This document shows, in pieces, positions 8,281 through 18,380 of a stretch of 37,454 nt of DNA (position 1 is the stretch's first letter; every line of letters starts with the position of its first letter). Below the pieces are notes generated by a model, which saw only the letters and a list, made by a program, of their open reading frames with translations, ran no database searches and was not told where the DNA came from. Both the position numbers and the translations under genes were made by a program. The stretch comes from a virus. Lineage: Duplodnaviria > Caudoviricetes. The DNA is taken from the IMG/VR virus record IMGVR_UViG_3300020043_002031, positions 1 through 37,454 of that record; one strand, given 5' to 3'.

Positions 8281-9699
8281 ATGTCAACTACTGCCACTCC
8301 GTTGGATTTTTCTCCCAACAGTTTTCGTCGGTTAGACCCGACCAAATACGTATCTCTTGGTGACTTCATCAACGAGGTAAACAAGCCCGACAACCGTGAC
8401 CTTCTGGTTAAGACCTACGGCAACCAAGGCATCACTGGCTTCTTGCAGCTCACTGGCGCTGTAAAGGCTAATGGTGTTGCTGATGAGGTTCAATACTGGG
8501 AGGAGACTCGTCTCCACCAGCTTCAAGTAGCTACTCCTGCCGCTTCTGCTGCAGTTGGTGCTACGACCTTGACGCTGAACCTTGCTTCTGCTGCTACTTC
8601 AGCTACTGGTGCTACCAAGGCTGCTGCTCAGAAGTACCTTCGTGTAAACGACGTGATTTTGGTTGGTGGCGTTGACCGCTTCATCATCACTGCTGTTTCT
8701 TCAGGCGAATACTCTCAGACTGCTACTGCTGCTGCAACTGCTGTTGCTCTGTCTAGCGCTGGTCTGTCGGCTTCTGCTGCTGCTGCTTCAGCTAACTTCC
8801 CAATCGTAGGTAACTTGTTCGCTCAGGGAACTGACCAGAACACTGGCTACCTCGAGTCGAACGTTGTTAAGCGTACCAACCCTTATATGATTCTCAAAGA
8901 AGTATACAAGGTTACTGGTTCACAAGCTACCAACATCGGCTGGGTTAACTTGGGCAACGGCGACTACCGCTGGTTCATCAAGTCTGAGAACGACACTCGT
9001 CAGCGCTTCCTCGACAAGCGTGAGATGATGATGTTGCTCGGTGAGCAAGTATCTAACACTGGCTTGACTGCTCTTGGTAGCATCTCTGGTTCAGAAGGTT
9101 ACTTCTCTGCTGTTGCTAACCGTGGTATCGTAGTTAACTCTGGTGCTACTACTACTGCTGCTATCGCTTCTCTTGCTGAGCTTGATGCCATCATCACTGC
9201 TCTTGACAAGCAAGGCGCTATGCCTGAGTACGCTATGTACGTTAACCGTCTGCAAGACCTCGCCATCGACGATATGATTGCTAACGGAACGTCTACTGCT
9301 GCTAACATCACTGCTGGTGTTACGACTCAGTTCGGACAGTTCGCTAATGCTGACGATATGGTGAAGCTTGGCTTCTCTTCTTTCGTACGCGGTTCTTACA
9401 CCTTCCACAAGCACAGCTGGAAACTCCTCAACGACCCTACGTTGTTGGCCGGCAGCGCTTTCCAAGGCGTAATGATTCCGTTGTCACGCATTGCTGACCC
9501 CAAGACTGGTGACAAGGCTCCTGCACTAGAACTCAACTACAAGGCTACCAACGGCTACAGCCGTGAGATGGAGCACTGGATGACGGGTTCTATCCTTGGA
9601 GTAACCAACACCAACACGGACGCTCTTCAGTTCAACTACCGTTCTGAGTGCGCTCTGGTAACTCGTGCAGCTAACCAGCACGTGCTTCTTCGCTCATAA
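8281..9699 (+). CDS. Major capsid protein (Crassvirales-related Bacteroidota phage type)
   Basis: 472 aa, strongly biased codon usage, follows the scaffold gene and has a strong terminator. Motifs YGNQGITGFL, WEETRLH, GSEGYF, LGFSSF.RGSYTFHK..WKLLND. Confidence 0.8.
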   Translation: MSTTATPLDFSPNSFRRLDPTKYVSLGDFINEVNKPDNRDLLVKTYGNQGITGFLQLTGAVKANGVADEVQYWEETRLHQLQVATPAASAAVGATTLTLNLASAATSATGATKAAAQKYLRVNDVILVGGVDRFIITAVSSGEYSQTATAAATAVALSSAGLSASAAAASANFPIVGNLFAQGTDQNTGYLESNVVKRTNPYMILKEVYKVTGSQATNIGWVNLGNGDYRWFIKSENDTRQRFLDKREMMMLLGEQVSNTGLTALGSISGSEGYFSAVANRGIVVNSGATTTAAIASLAELDAIITALDKQGAMPEYAMYVNRLQDLAIDDMIANGTSTAANITAGVTTQFGQFANADDMVKLGFSSFVRGSYTFHKHSWKLLNDPTLLAGSAFQGVMIPLSRIADPKTGDKAPALELNYKATNGYSREMEHWMTGSILGVTNTNTDALQFNYRSECALVTRAANQHVLLRS

Positions 9700-9720
9700 T
9701 CAATGAGTTAAGATGATAGT

Positions 9721-9744
9721 AAGGGGCCTTCGGGCCCCTTTTTT
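9721..9744 (+). terminator. Rho-independent terminator with cUUCGg tetraloop
   Basis: AAGGGGCC-TTCG-GGCCCCTT followed by TTTT. Confidence 0.9.
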
Positions 9745-9763
9745 ATTATATTGTTTTAACATA

Positions 9764-9771
9764 TAAATTTG
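9764..9771 (+). promoter_or_regulatory. Bacteroidota -7 promoter box (TAAATTTG)
   Basis: TAnnTTTG between the capsid terminator and the ATG at 9803. Confidence 0.65.
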
Positions 9772-9802
9772 CAATGTTTAATAACATTAAATTCTTTTAA
9801 CT

Positions 9803-10426
9803 ATGGCACGTCCACGTGTAACTCTAACATCTGATTCTTTTGAGTTAGATATGGCATCAGAAGTAACTGAAGCTCCTGCTCCCAAGCGCACATTCCCTAA
9901 GGCTAAACCACAAGAGACCGCTAGAAAGGGTAAGATTTTTCACATTCCTCACGGAGGCGGTATTATTTACAGCATTAAATCTGAAGCTGTTATTTATGAC
10001 CCGCAAACCAATACGAACAGACAGATTCGTTTCTGTCCAAATGAGCCTTCTGTATTTGCTGATGAGCAAAGCACACTTGCTGTCCGTCAGCACGTAGTGT
10101 TTGAGAACGGAATGCTTTATGTAGCGCCAGAGAATCCTACGCTTATGAAGTTCTTAGAGCTTCATCCCGGCAATACTGCTAACGGAGGAGGTATCTTCGA
10201 AGAGGTCAACACAGAGCACAAAGCACAGATTGACGTAGACATCGAGTTCATTATGCACGATGCCATCGGTATGGTTCGCAACAAGTCTATTGACGACTTG
10301 CTTCCTGTTGCTATCTACTTGGGCATTGATACCAACCAAAAGAACGCAGAGATTAAGCGTGAGTTGCTTCTCGAGGCTAAAGCTAACCCACAGCGTTTCC
10401 TTCCAATTTTTCCAATTTTAGTGTAA
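9803..10426 (+). CDS. Conserved virion-module protein downstream of the capsid gene, apparently truncated near 10401 by the inversion
   Basis: Normal coding sequence up to EAKANPQRFL; the last residues (PIFPILV) come from the antisense of the inverted gene. Confidence 0.65.
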   Translation: MARPRVTLTSDSFELDMASEVTEAPAPKRTFPKAKPQETARKGKIFHIPHGGGIIYSIKSEAVIYDPQTNTNRQIRFCPNEPSVFADEQSTLAVRQHVVFENGMLYVAPENPTLMKFLELHPGNTANGGGIFEEVNTEHKAQIDVDIEFIMHDAIGMVRNKSIDDLLPVAIYLGIDTNQKNAEIKRELLLEAKANPQRFLPIFPILV

Positions 10427-10647
10427 TCAACATAATCACAAGGAAAGCTAACAGTATTGGTAGTTGCGTCTACCGCAAGAGTTGTTGCCTTGATTCTTTT
10501 CATCAGGTCGAATCCCATTTCTCGGACTCCACGAAGAGCTACGCTTTTAATGAAAACCTCAGACGCATTACTTGCGTAGTCGTCTTGGTCTACAGAAATC
10601 ATAAAGTCATAAATGACTTGCTGAAGTGATACGGTGTCTTGTGCCAT
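10401..10647 (-). pseudogene. N-terminal fragment of a head-tail ring/adaptor protein, inverted
   Basis: MAQDTVSLQQVIYDFM...RGVREMGFD...FPCDYVDYTKIG has a crAss-like ring-protein signature (PxDYV); the frame then runs into the antisense of the 9803 gene. Confidence 0.6.
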
Positions 10648-11105
10648 TAGATACTAGTTTTCTGTTCCTCTTGAGCGTAAGCGTATACGTCTTGGTCTCG
10701 AAGATTGACTCCTACAAGTTTAGCCATTTCAATGACTAACTCAGCAAAGTAGTGCTCAGGCAATTCAAAGTCAACGCTATTCGCTGCGCTGTAAACTTCT
10801 TTACCCGCTACAACAGTGTATCCAAAACGTGGCTGAGATGCTGTCCTCGCACCAGTAGATGGATTCAATCCCTGTGGAATCTTGTAGTAGCTCAAGCGAA
10901 TCTTCTTGATTGTAGTTGGGTAAACCTCAATGTTCTCATTTACTGTGGCTACTGGTGCAAATTCAGTAGGCAAAGACAACCGACTCAACAAGATGTAATC
11001 CATCTTAGAGCTGTCATACACAAATGGGATAGGAGTGCGAGTCGACTGGTCAAGCAGAATGCTTCCTGCGGTTGTGGCAGAAATGATTCGAGACAAGTCA
11101 GAAGG
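10647..11105 (-). pseudogene. C-terminal fragment of a second ring / tail-tubular protein, inverted, with N-terminus missing
   Basis: PSDLSRIIS...IEVYPTTIKKIRLSYYKIP...SVDFELPEHYFAELVIEMAKLVGVNLRD; coupled to the next gene by a TAATG overlap; no genuine start. Confidence 0.6.
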
Positions 11106-11227
11106 CTCGTGCTCGTCAAGAGTACTACAATGAGCGCCGCTTGGCAAACAGCAGACTGAAGGCATTCTCTAAAGAAGAAGCGCTTAAGACGATTAGAAAG
11201 AACTTCAAGCAAAGCGTAAAGGCTTAA
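11102..11227 (+). pseudogene. Orphan C-terminal fragment (KARARQEYYNERRLANSRLKAFSKEEALKTIRKNFKQSVKA*) of the ring protein whose N-terminus is inverted
   Basis: Protein-like frame with no start codon, ending 1 nt before the ATG at 11229. Confidence 0.55.
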
Positions 11228-11228
11228 T

Positions 11229-14200
11229 ATGGCGATTGATAAGCTTATTCCTCGTTACCTCAATAAGGAGGACGATGTACGACTGGTAAAGACTGTTGAG
11301 ATGACTGACGCTCTTAACGTCCGTCTTTCTGCGGACGCTAATGGCGATGGTCGTGTAATCAAAAATGCTTATGGAAATGATGATGTCCCTTTTAAAACTG
11401 GCGACGCATTACCTAACGGAACCAATGAGGTTATCGGGAGTTTGGCAAATCCACAAGACGGGGAGATTTTCTTTTTTGTTTGGAACTCAAACAACAATCA
11501 CTCTATTTACCGATTCTCTTCTTCTTCAAACCAAGCTCAGCTCATTTATAGAGATTCTGTCCTTGGTTTTGTTCGGTACGCAACTATTCGGGCTTCCGTC
11601 ATAAAGAACCTCTCTGACGAGACTTTGCTGTACTTCACTGAGGGAATTACCCCTCCGAAGAAAATCAACGTTACACGAGCTCTTTTGGGCCTCTATCCAG
11701 CTGCTTTAACAAGCGGAACGAGTGCTCAGAAGTTGTTGTGCCTTGCGGTGGCTAAACAGCCTCCTATGACACCGCCTACGTTTGTGTTTTCTACAAATCC
11801 AACGCTAAAGCAAAACAACCTTTATGAAACAACTTTTCAGTTTGCTGCGCAGTACATCTATCAAGATGGAGAGCGTTCTGCCATTTCTCCGTACTCTGAG
11901 CTTGCAGTTGCGCAAAATCAGTTCTTTGATGGAATCATATCAGAAGAAGAAAAGCTAAAGAACAACACGCTTACTATTAGTGTGCCAACTAGCGTAGCCG
12001 ACGTTAAAGATATTGTAATCATTGCCCGCAACGGTAACATTGGCGCTTTCTATGAGATTGCTACGGTATCCAACAATTCAACTGTTTCTTTTCAGAATAT
12101 CACTTTTGACAACAGTAAGCTGTACACTCCTATTTCTCAGGACGAAGTAAACAAAATCTACGACAACGTACCTCAGACTGCCGAGTCTCTGACTATTGTA
12201 GGTAACAGACTTGTGCTTGGAGCTTATACGGAGGGATATGCTAACATCCGTACAGATGTCGATGTGTTGCCTAACTATTTTCCACAGGCTGGCGCCTATG
12301 AGTTAAATGTAACTTATCCGTCTCTTACTGGTATTCCAAATAATTATGAGCGCAGGAAGGCATTTGATATTGATATCACAACGCTTCCCAACACCACGGC
12401 TGAGGACTCTATGCTGAATATAACGTTTTCGTTAGATTTAGGTAGAATCACAATTGAAGGTAGCCAAGTATATATTCAGTGGGTACAGACAGATAAATCC
12501 ACACAAGAAGACCACGACTATGCTGGAATTGTTGAGCAATACGTTCAATCTGCATCTGGAATCACTGGTGGAGTTCAAGTAAAGGCTTCTCCCGTTTCAA
12601 TTTCTGAAATCATTCAAGTACCAGCAGGAACTACTAAGGCAGAAATCATTACTATGATTAAGGCTGCGGTTGTAGGAAACTATAACCTAGTTCTTGATTC
12701 TGATGCAACAGATTTCAACTACGCCACTAAGATTACAGCTGTTGAAGACCTTCAAGGCACCACGAACAATAACAAGTGGATGTTCTTTGCTGGCTCTGCT
12801 CAGTTGTCAATATCTGATGATACAGGGACAGCCACAACCTACCTTAGGTTTCAAATGAATATTACTGGAGCTGCGCTATCCGCAAAGCTTGGTTATAATT
12901 TCAATGTTGGCTCATTGGTTGACTCTATTACGAGTTTCCCTCCGCTATCTATGATTAAGTCTCTTTTCACTAAGGGACAATCGCTTAATGAGAAATATCC
13001 AGCAACAAATGCTCTATTCAATCAAATAGACTTTGTTAATACTCCGTCTATTACATACCCGGGAGATGGACAGTCATACAGGTCATTTACTCAAATTTCA
13101 GAAAGTGGAAATCAATTCACTCCAAATGCTGGGTCAAATCCATATTTAACTAGGACTGGAGACACCACGTTTTTGACTTTAAATGAAAACGTAGAAAACC
13201 CAATACTTTTTGATGCAAACGTTTTAACCAGCGGCAATATCAATGGATACGCTACGTTTAAAGCTGGTGCTACTCACTCTTTTGGAATCGTTTATTACGA
13301 CCAGTTTAACCGCAATGGAGGAGTTCAGCCCGTTGAAGACTTGTACGTCAACTGGTATGACAACCGCGGTCTGCAAAACGACTTATATGGTCGTGTAAAC
13401 ACAGTCTTCAGAGTTAAGCATAATGCCCCATTGTGGGCTGTACGTTGGGCTCCTGTCTATGCGCCAATCAACAGCATAATCAATAAGTTCCAGTATTCCA
13501 TTATTAAGGCGTTTACTGCAACAAACCTTCAGGCTAAGCCATTTGCTGGAATATCCTCGTTTGAGGAGGTCACTTATCTGTCCCTTCGCTCACTTGAGGG
13601 GAAGAGTGATTCGTACCGAGAGACATTTGGTGCTGACATTGACTACAGCTTCCAGAAGGGTGATAGAGTTAGAATTATACAATACGGAAACGCATTACGT
13701 TCATCTATTGATTTAGAGGTACTTGGATACTTTGACTTTGTAGATAATATTGATACAAATCCAATTCTTGACCTAACCAGTGACGAGGACACGTTCAATA
13801 CTACTGGTAAATTTATTGCTATTCGCTCTAGTGAGCTTGATGGCTGGAACAACTACAATATTATCACTGGCGTAGACAACTGGAAAAACGAATGTGTTAT
13901 AGAGGTTTATCGTGCTAACCGACCAACTTCTGAGCAGTTATTTTACGAGATTGGTGAATCATTTGCAGTTGTGAATGGTGTACACCAAGGACAACGTACA
14001 ACTATAAGCCCAGTTAGTGTTCAAGCTGTTGCCGAAGGGGATGGTATAGTTTATTATTCAGACATCATCGTTTACAGTGGAGACATTTTAACTGATGGCT
14101 CAGGAAACACCCTCATTGTAAGTAACGTTTATCCTCAAGTAAACGGAATCTATAGTTATGTGTTTTATGCACAAATAACTAGTGGTTCATTTTCTCCGCC

Positions 14201-16127
14201 ATTAACATATACATTGAATCTGTCCAACAGCTCTGATGCTGTTATTCAGTTTGACCAAGGAGACAGCTATTATAGGCCAAGGCTTCTTAAGATTGGAGAC
14301 AAGGCATACGCCAACAACTTTAAGTTTTTCTTTATTGAAGCTTATACAGTTAGCGATATGTTTGCCTCTAAGTCGACCTCCATTGGTCGTGCGCACGCTG
14401 TAATTCCAGAGGCAATGACTACCTACCGACAATCATCGGTTGTGTACTCTGAGCCGTACTTGGTTGGCAACGCAAGACTTGGTTTGTCTTCATTCAATCC
14501 TACGCTAGCAAACTTTAAGGACTTCGAGTACCGATACGGAGCTATCAAGCAACTCATTGGAGACGACGACAGAATGTACCTTCTTCAGGAGCGCAAAGCT
14601 GGATATGTTGCTGTTGGTCGTAATGTGATTGAGTCGTCCGACGGTGGCTCAGCTATCACTATTTCTCGTAACGTATTTAGCGTACCAAACTACTACTTAG
14701 GGGATTACGGAATCAATAATAATCCAGAGTCTGCGGCTTTTGATAAAGGTCGGGTTTACTTTGCTGACATTAGGACTGGCAATGTTGTCCGTATCTCAAG
14801 AGACGGAATCACTTTAATTAGTGAAGTAAATATGGATGCGTTCTTCAAGGAGAACTTCAGATTTATAACAACCCTAACGTCTCGCCAAAAAGTAGTTGCT
14901 GGCATTGATGATGAAGCTGGTGAGTTTATTATTTCTACTGATTTAATAAGCTCTGCTGATGTTTCTGTTACCAATGGCACTCTTACTTATCAATACGGAG
15001 TTCAGACGAATAGTGCTGGAAACAGAGTGCTTGCCGACGTTGAGTTTGACGACGATGACTTGTTTACGTTCTCTACGGAGATTCGAGAATTTGATGACTT
15101 GTGTGATGAGTTTGATGACAGCTTAAACTGCATTGTCTTCTTGGATAAGTTGATTGATGGACAGCCTGCTTACGTTGGAGAAGAGTTCATTGGTCAAACT
15201 GGAATCATTTATGGTGTTGCAACAAACTCCACGTATGACTTCTTTGTGACTATTGCTTTTGACTTGGCGCAGGGACAGTTTTACTTTACCAATGACTGCG
15301 GAACTTTTAGCGCAACCATTGGAAGCCCAAGCACTTTCGTCAATGACTTTACAGCAGCATTTGATATTGATGATTCAGTTTGGAATACGCTTTACTCGTA
15401 CAGACCAGAATCAATAGCTTGTGTTGACGATACCCTTTACACATTCAAGGGTGGCGTAATGTATGTACACTCTGACGCAGCACTTAGAACCACATATTAT
15501 GGTTCACCAACTGCTGATGGAGCTGTCGTAGAGGTTGTTTCTGCTGCAAACAACTCGATGGTGAAATCATACGAAGCTATGAGCATTGAGGGAGATTCTG
15601 CGTGGGCTGCGTCGCTTTCGAATACTGACCAGTCTACTTCAATAGCTGAATCAGACTTTGAAAATCGTGAGCGCTACTACTACGCTTACATCCCACGAGA
15701 TTCAAGCCCAAACACTGGTGTTTCAACAATTACTTCGCTGTCTGGCACTTCAGAAGTGTTTGCCTTAGGAGCTGTTGCTACTGGTGGCGTAGTTGGCACA
15801 AGCGTGACGTTTACAACGCCAATTGGGGCAATTGCATTCCCTATCGGAGCTACTCTCTACAAAGTGTCGTCTAGCAACTTGGTAACGCTTAGTGTTACAG
15901 TTACTGGAATATCATCTGACAATACCATCACTTGCTCTAGCGCTCCAGCTCTTGTTGCTGGCGATACAGTTGTTGCGATTGGTAACTCTTTAATTGAGGG
16001 TGACCAGATGAGAGATTACTACTTGAGCATTAGATTGTCTAATGACAGCACCGATGAAATTGAGTTATACGCAATCAATGCCGTATTCTCAAAGAGCAAT
16101 CTTCACAACGAACTAGGACAAGAATAA
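11229..16127 (+). CDS. Tail stabilisation / muzzle protein, crAss-like (1632 aa)
   Basis: N-terminus LNKEDDVRLV...DALNVR; motifs FQFAAQYIYQDGERSAISPYS, KIYDNVP, GNRLVLG, FGIVYYD.FNR, YGINNNPES; follows the ring genes. Confidence 0.75.
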   Translation: MAIDKLIPRYLNKEDDVRLVKTVEMTDALNVRLSADANGDGRVIKNAYGNDDVPFKTGDALPNGTNEVIGSLANPQDGEIFFFVWNSNNNHSIYRFSSSSNQAQLIYRDSVLGFVRYATIRASVIKNLSDETLLYFTEGITPPKKINVTRALLGLYPAALTSGTSAQKLLCLAVAKQPPMTPPTFVFSTNPTLKQNNLYETTFQFAAQYIYQDGERSAISPYSELAVAQNQFFDGIISEEEKLKNNTLTISVPTSVADVKDIVIIARNGNIGAFYEIATVSNNSTVSFQNITFDNSKLYTPISQDEVNKIYDNVPQTAESLTIVGNRLVLGAYTEGYANIRTDVDVLPNYFPQAGAYELNVTYPSLTGIPNNYERRKAFDIDITTLPNTTAEDSMLNITFSLDLGRITIEGSQVYIQWVQTDKSTQEDHDYAGIVEQYVQSASGITGGVQVKASPVSISEIIQVPAGTTKAEIITMIKAAVVGNYNLVLDSDATDFNYATKITAVEDLQGTTNNNKWMFFAGSAQLSISDDTGTATTYLRFQMNITGAALSAKLGYNFNVGSLVDSITSFPPLSMIKSLFTKGQSLNEKYPATNALFNQIDFVNTPSITYPGDGQSYRSFTQISESGNQFTPNAGSNPYLTRTGDTTFLTLNENVENPILFDANVLTSGNINGYATFKAGATHSFGIVYYDQFNRNGGVQPVEDLYVNWYDNRGLQNDLYGRVNTVFRVKHNAPLWAVRWAPVYAPINSIINKFQYSIIKAFTATNLQAKPFAGISSFEEVTYLSLRSLEGKSDSYRETFGADIDYSFQKGDRVRIIQYGNALRSSIDLEVLGYFDFVDNIDTNPILDLTSDEDTFNTTGKFIAIRSSELDGWNNYNIITGVDNWKNECVIEVYRANRPTSEQLFYEIGESFAVVNGVHQGQRTTISPVSVQAVAEGDGIVYYSDIIVYSGDILTDGSGNTLIVSNVYPQVNGIYSYVFYAQITSGSFSPPLTYTLNLSNSSDAVIQFDQGDSYYRPRLLKIGDKAYANNFKFFFIEAYTVSDMFASKSTSIGRAHAVIPEAMTTYRQSSVVYSEPYLVGNARLGLSSFNPTLANFKDFEYRYGAIKQLIGDDDRMYLLQERKAGYVAVGRNVIESSDGGSAITISRNVFSVPNYYLGDYGINNNPESAAFDKGRVYFADIRTGNVVRISRDGITLISEVNMDAFFKENFRFITTLTSRQKVVAGIDDEAGEFIISTDLISSADVSVTNGTLTYQYGVQTNSAGNRVLADVEFDDDDLFTFSTEIREFDDLCDEFDDSLNCIVFLDKLIDGQPAYVGEEFIGQTGIIYGVATNSTYDFFVTIAFDLAQGQFYFTNDCGTFSATIGSPSTFVNDFTAAFDIDDSVWNTLYSYRPESIACVDDTLYTFKGGVMYVHSDAALRTTYYGSPTADGAVVEVVSAANNSMVKSYEAMSIEGDSAWAASLSNTDQSTSIAESDFENRERYYYAYIPRDSSPNTGVSTITSLSGTSEVFALGAVATGGVVGTSVTFTTPIGAIAFPIGATLYKVSSSNLVTLSVTVTGISSDNTITCSSAPALVAGDTVVAIGNSLIEGDQMRDYYLSIRLSNDSTDEIELYAINAVFSKSNLHNELGQE

Positions 16128-16131
16128 ATAA

Positions 16132-16139
16132 TATCTTTG
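16132..16139 (+). promoter_or_regulatory. Bacteroidota -7 promoter box (TATCTTTG), possibly leaderless
   Basis: TAnnTTTG separated from the ATG at 16144 by only 4 nt. Confidence 0.55.
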
Positions 16140-16143
16140 CTTT

Positions 16144-17052
16144 ATGAAGCCAAAAAAAGGAAAACCAGTTAAAAAGTACGCTATTGGTGGAGCCATTGCC
16201 GCTCAAGCTGGACTTGCTGGATTGCAAGCATTACTTGGCGGTAGCCAATTAGCAGGAGGAACAGCAATGGCTAACAAGCTAAAAGCTCCCTCTACAGCTA
16301 CTCCGTCTGCGTGGAAAGACTTTTACGAAAGCTCTCAAAATCAGGCGCTTGTACAGCAGAACATTGACGAAATAAACAGAGCTTCGGCCACATATCTTCA
16401 GGCGTTGCAAGCTGGTGGAACTCAGGCTGTTGCTGCTGGTCTTCAGCCTTTAGCTCAAGGGACTCAGCAAGCTTCACAAGATGTTTACAGTCAGCAAATT
16501 ATGCGCGAGATGCAGGCCGCTGGTCAGCTTGCTGGCGCTGAAGAGCGTGCTCTTGGAAGAGAAAGAGATGTATATGAGACTCGTCTTGGTGAAGCTATGG
16601 CAGCTAGAGCTGCTGGAGTTCAGAACATCTTTGGAGCCTTAGGGTCTGCTGGAAAGGGTATTGTTGACCTAACTGCTAGTCGTACAGAAGGGCCTGAGCG
16701 AGATATGATGAAAACATCAGATGTATCTCCTATCGAACAGCAGAGTTTTGTAGAGCAGGTAAGTCTTCAGCCAGCAGGAGGTATGGTTAAGCCATCTAGC
16801 AAGATTCCTTCTTTAGCGGAACTTGAGAATCTCACTCCAGAGTTTCTGCGCTCTATTTTTGAGGACGGAGGTATGATGACTGGAGGTAAGTTTAGTCATA
16901 AAGCAAACCCCATTGACATTGTTCAGAAGGGAAAGAAGGTTGGAGAGATGACTGGAGGAGAGGTTATCCTTAACCCTGCTCAGCAAAAGAAGCTCAGCAA
17001 AGAGAGCACTTACTTCCGTCAGTTGTTAAAGAAATTCAATAAGCAGAAGTAA
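16144..17052 (+). CDS. Putative internal virion (cargo/ejection) protein
   Basis: A/G/Q-rich helical protein with KKYAIGG and FEDGG motifs and a C-terminal FSH..NPID...GEMTGGEVILNP module. Confidence 0.65.
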   Translation: MKPKKGKPVKKYAIGGAIAAQAGLAGLQALLGGSQLAGGTAMANKLKAPSTATPSAWKDFYESSQNQALVQQNIDEINRASATYLQALQAGGTQAVAAGLQPLAQGTQQASQDVYSQQIMREMQAAGQLAGAEERALGRERDVYETRLGEAMAARAAGVQNIFGALGSAGKGIVDLTASRTEGPERDMMKTSDVSPIEQQSFVEQVSLQPAGGMVKPSSKIPSLAELENLTPEFLRSIFEDGGMMTGGKFSHKANPIDIVQKGKKVGEMTGGEVILNPAQQKKLSKESTYFRQLLKKFNKQK

Positions 17053-18380
17053 TGGCAATTGCACCAGCACCCGTAGTAGTAAATACACCAGACCTCATTG
17101 GCTATGCTCGCCAGCTAAAGCAGCAGGAGCTTGAGCGTCAAAACCAATTGGCAGACTATCTTGGTAAGTTCACCAAGAAGCAAGGCGCATTACTAGATGG
17201 CGTACGTCCTGAGGTTCAGAAAGCTTGGGACGAGGTAGAGAAGCTGTCTATTGACCTCGAGATGGGGGACAGCCCAACCAAGCGTGCTGCGCTGAATCGT
17301 GCGTACCAGAACTACTCTGAGGTTGCAGGAGCAGGAACAGCCTACACTAACTCTGTGTTGAAGGAGACAACTGCTGCTATGATGGACCCGAGTAAGTTCA
17401 ACCTCGGTGGTCGTAGCGCAAAAGACATTTACTCTCAGTACAACACTGAGGCTCTGTCTGGCGATGAGATTCTGTCTCGTGCTGCTCAGCCTTTTGTTTT
17501 GGACCGCAGAATAGAATACAAGGTTACCAACCCTTACGAGATGGCTCAACAGATTCGTAAGGACTGGGATGAGTCGGCTAAGTTCAGCTTTATCGACCCC
17601 AAGACTGGTAAGTACGATGAGCAGGACAGACTTAATTGGATTAAGGAAACTACTGCTGCTCGTCTTCGTGACCCTGAATCTCAGAAGAACGCTGCTCTAT
17701 GGACTGGATTGAGCCGCAGACAGATTGGTGAGAACGGACAGGTTACTGACTGGACTCAAGTTGAAGGAGTTAGGGACAACCCTCTCTACGGAGATTGGGT
17801 TTCTTCGTTTCAGAATGAAGTAGAGAAGTATACTGGACGCTTGGTTCCCGAGTACTCAATAAACCCTTACAATGTGCGTCAAGATGCCCTGAATGCAGCT
17901 CGTGATGGCGACGGTGGATTTGGCTTCAGTAGCAAGAGACAGCAAACTATGCACGCACCTTTTGAGCGTCAGTTTGAAGCTGCGGAAGGTGGCCCAAGAA
18001 CAAAGATTGGAGTATTGGGAACAAGCATTGCTCCACAGGCACGTGCTCAAGCAGGTACTGGTTTCCAAGCTCAAGACGGAATCTATTCTGGCTCACGTCA
18101 AATCGTAGAGTTCGGAAAGAAGAACGATGGAAGCATTTACGTCTCATACAAAGACAGTATGGATGACGCTTCAAATGTATATGGAGCCATAGCTGCAGAT
18201 GCTGGAGTTAAGAACGCAGAAGCTCAGGATATTGCTGCAATACAGCAGTACTTAGTTCGTAAAAACGACCCACGAACCTACGAATTCCTATTCGGAAATG
18301 CCGTATCTTCGGGACGAGCTACTGAAGCAGCAGGCGCTGGAGTAAACGCCGCTGACCTCAGAGCAAAATACGACTACTGA
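17052..18380 (+). CDS. Putative internal virion (cargo/ejection) protein (442 aa)
   Basis: Helical; translationally coupled to neighbours on both sides (TAATG, TGATG). Confidence 0.65.
   Translation: MAIAPAPVVVNTPDLIGYARQLKQQELERQNQLADYLGKFTKKQGALLDGVRPEVQKAWDEVEKLSIDLEMGDSPTKRAALNRAYQNYSEVAGAGTAYTNSVLKETTAAMMDPSKFNLGGRSAKDIYSQYNTEALSGDEILSRAAQPFVLDRRIEYKVTNPYEMAQQIRKDWDESAKFSFIDPKTGKYDEQDRLNWIKETTAARLRDPESQKNAALWTGLSRRQIGENGQVTDWTQVEGVRDNPLYGDWVSSFQNEVEKYTGRLVPEYSINPYNVRQDALNAARDGDGGFGFSSKRQQTMHAPFERQFEAAEGGPRTKIGVLGTSIAPQARAQAGTGFQAQDGIYSGSRQIVEFGKKNDGSIYVSYKDSMDDASNVYGAIAADAGVKNAEAQDIAAIQQYLVRKNDPRTYEFLFGNAVSSGRATEAAGAGVNAADLRAKYDY

Noticed and set aside
10399-11105. Invertase-controlled phase-variable segment
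   Set aside because: Only a 5-bp inverted pair is present, re-inversion does not restore reading frames, parts of the genes are missing, and no recombinase gene is seen.
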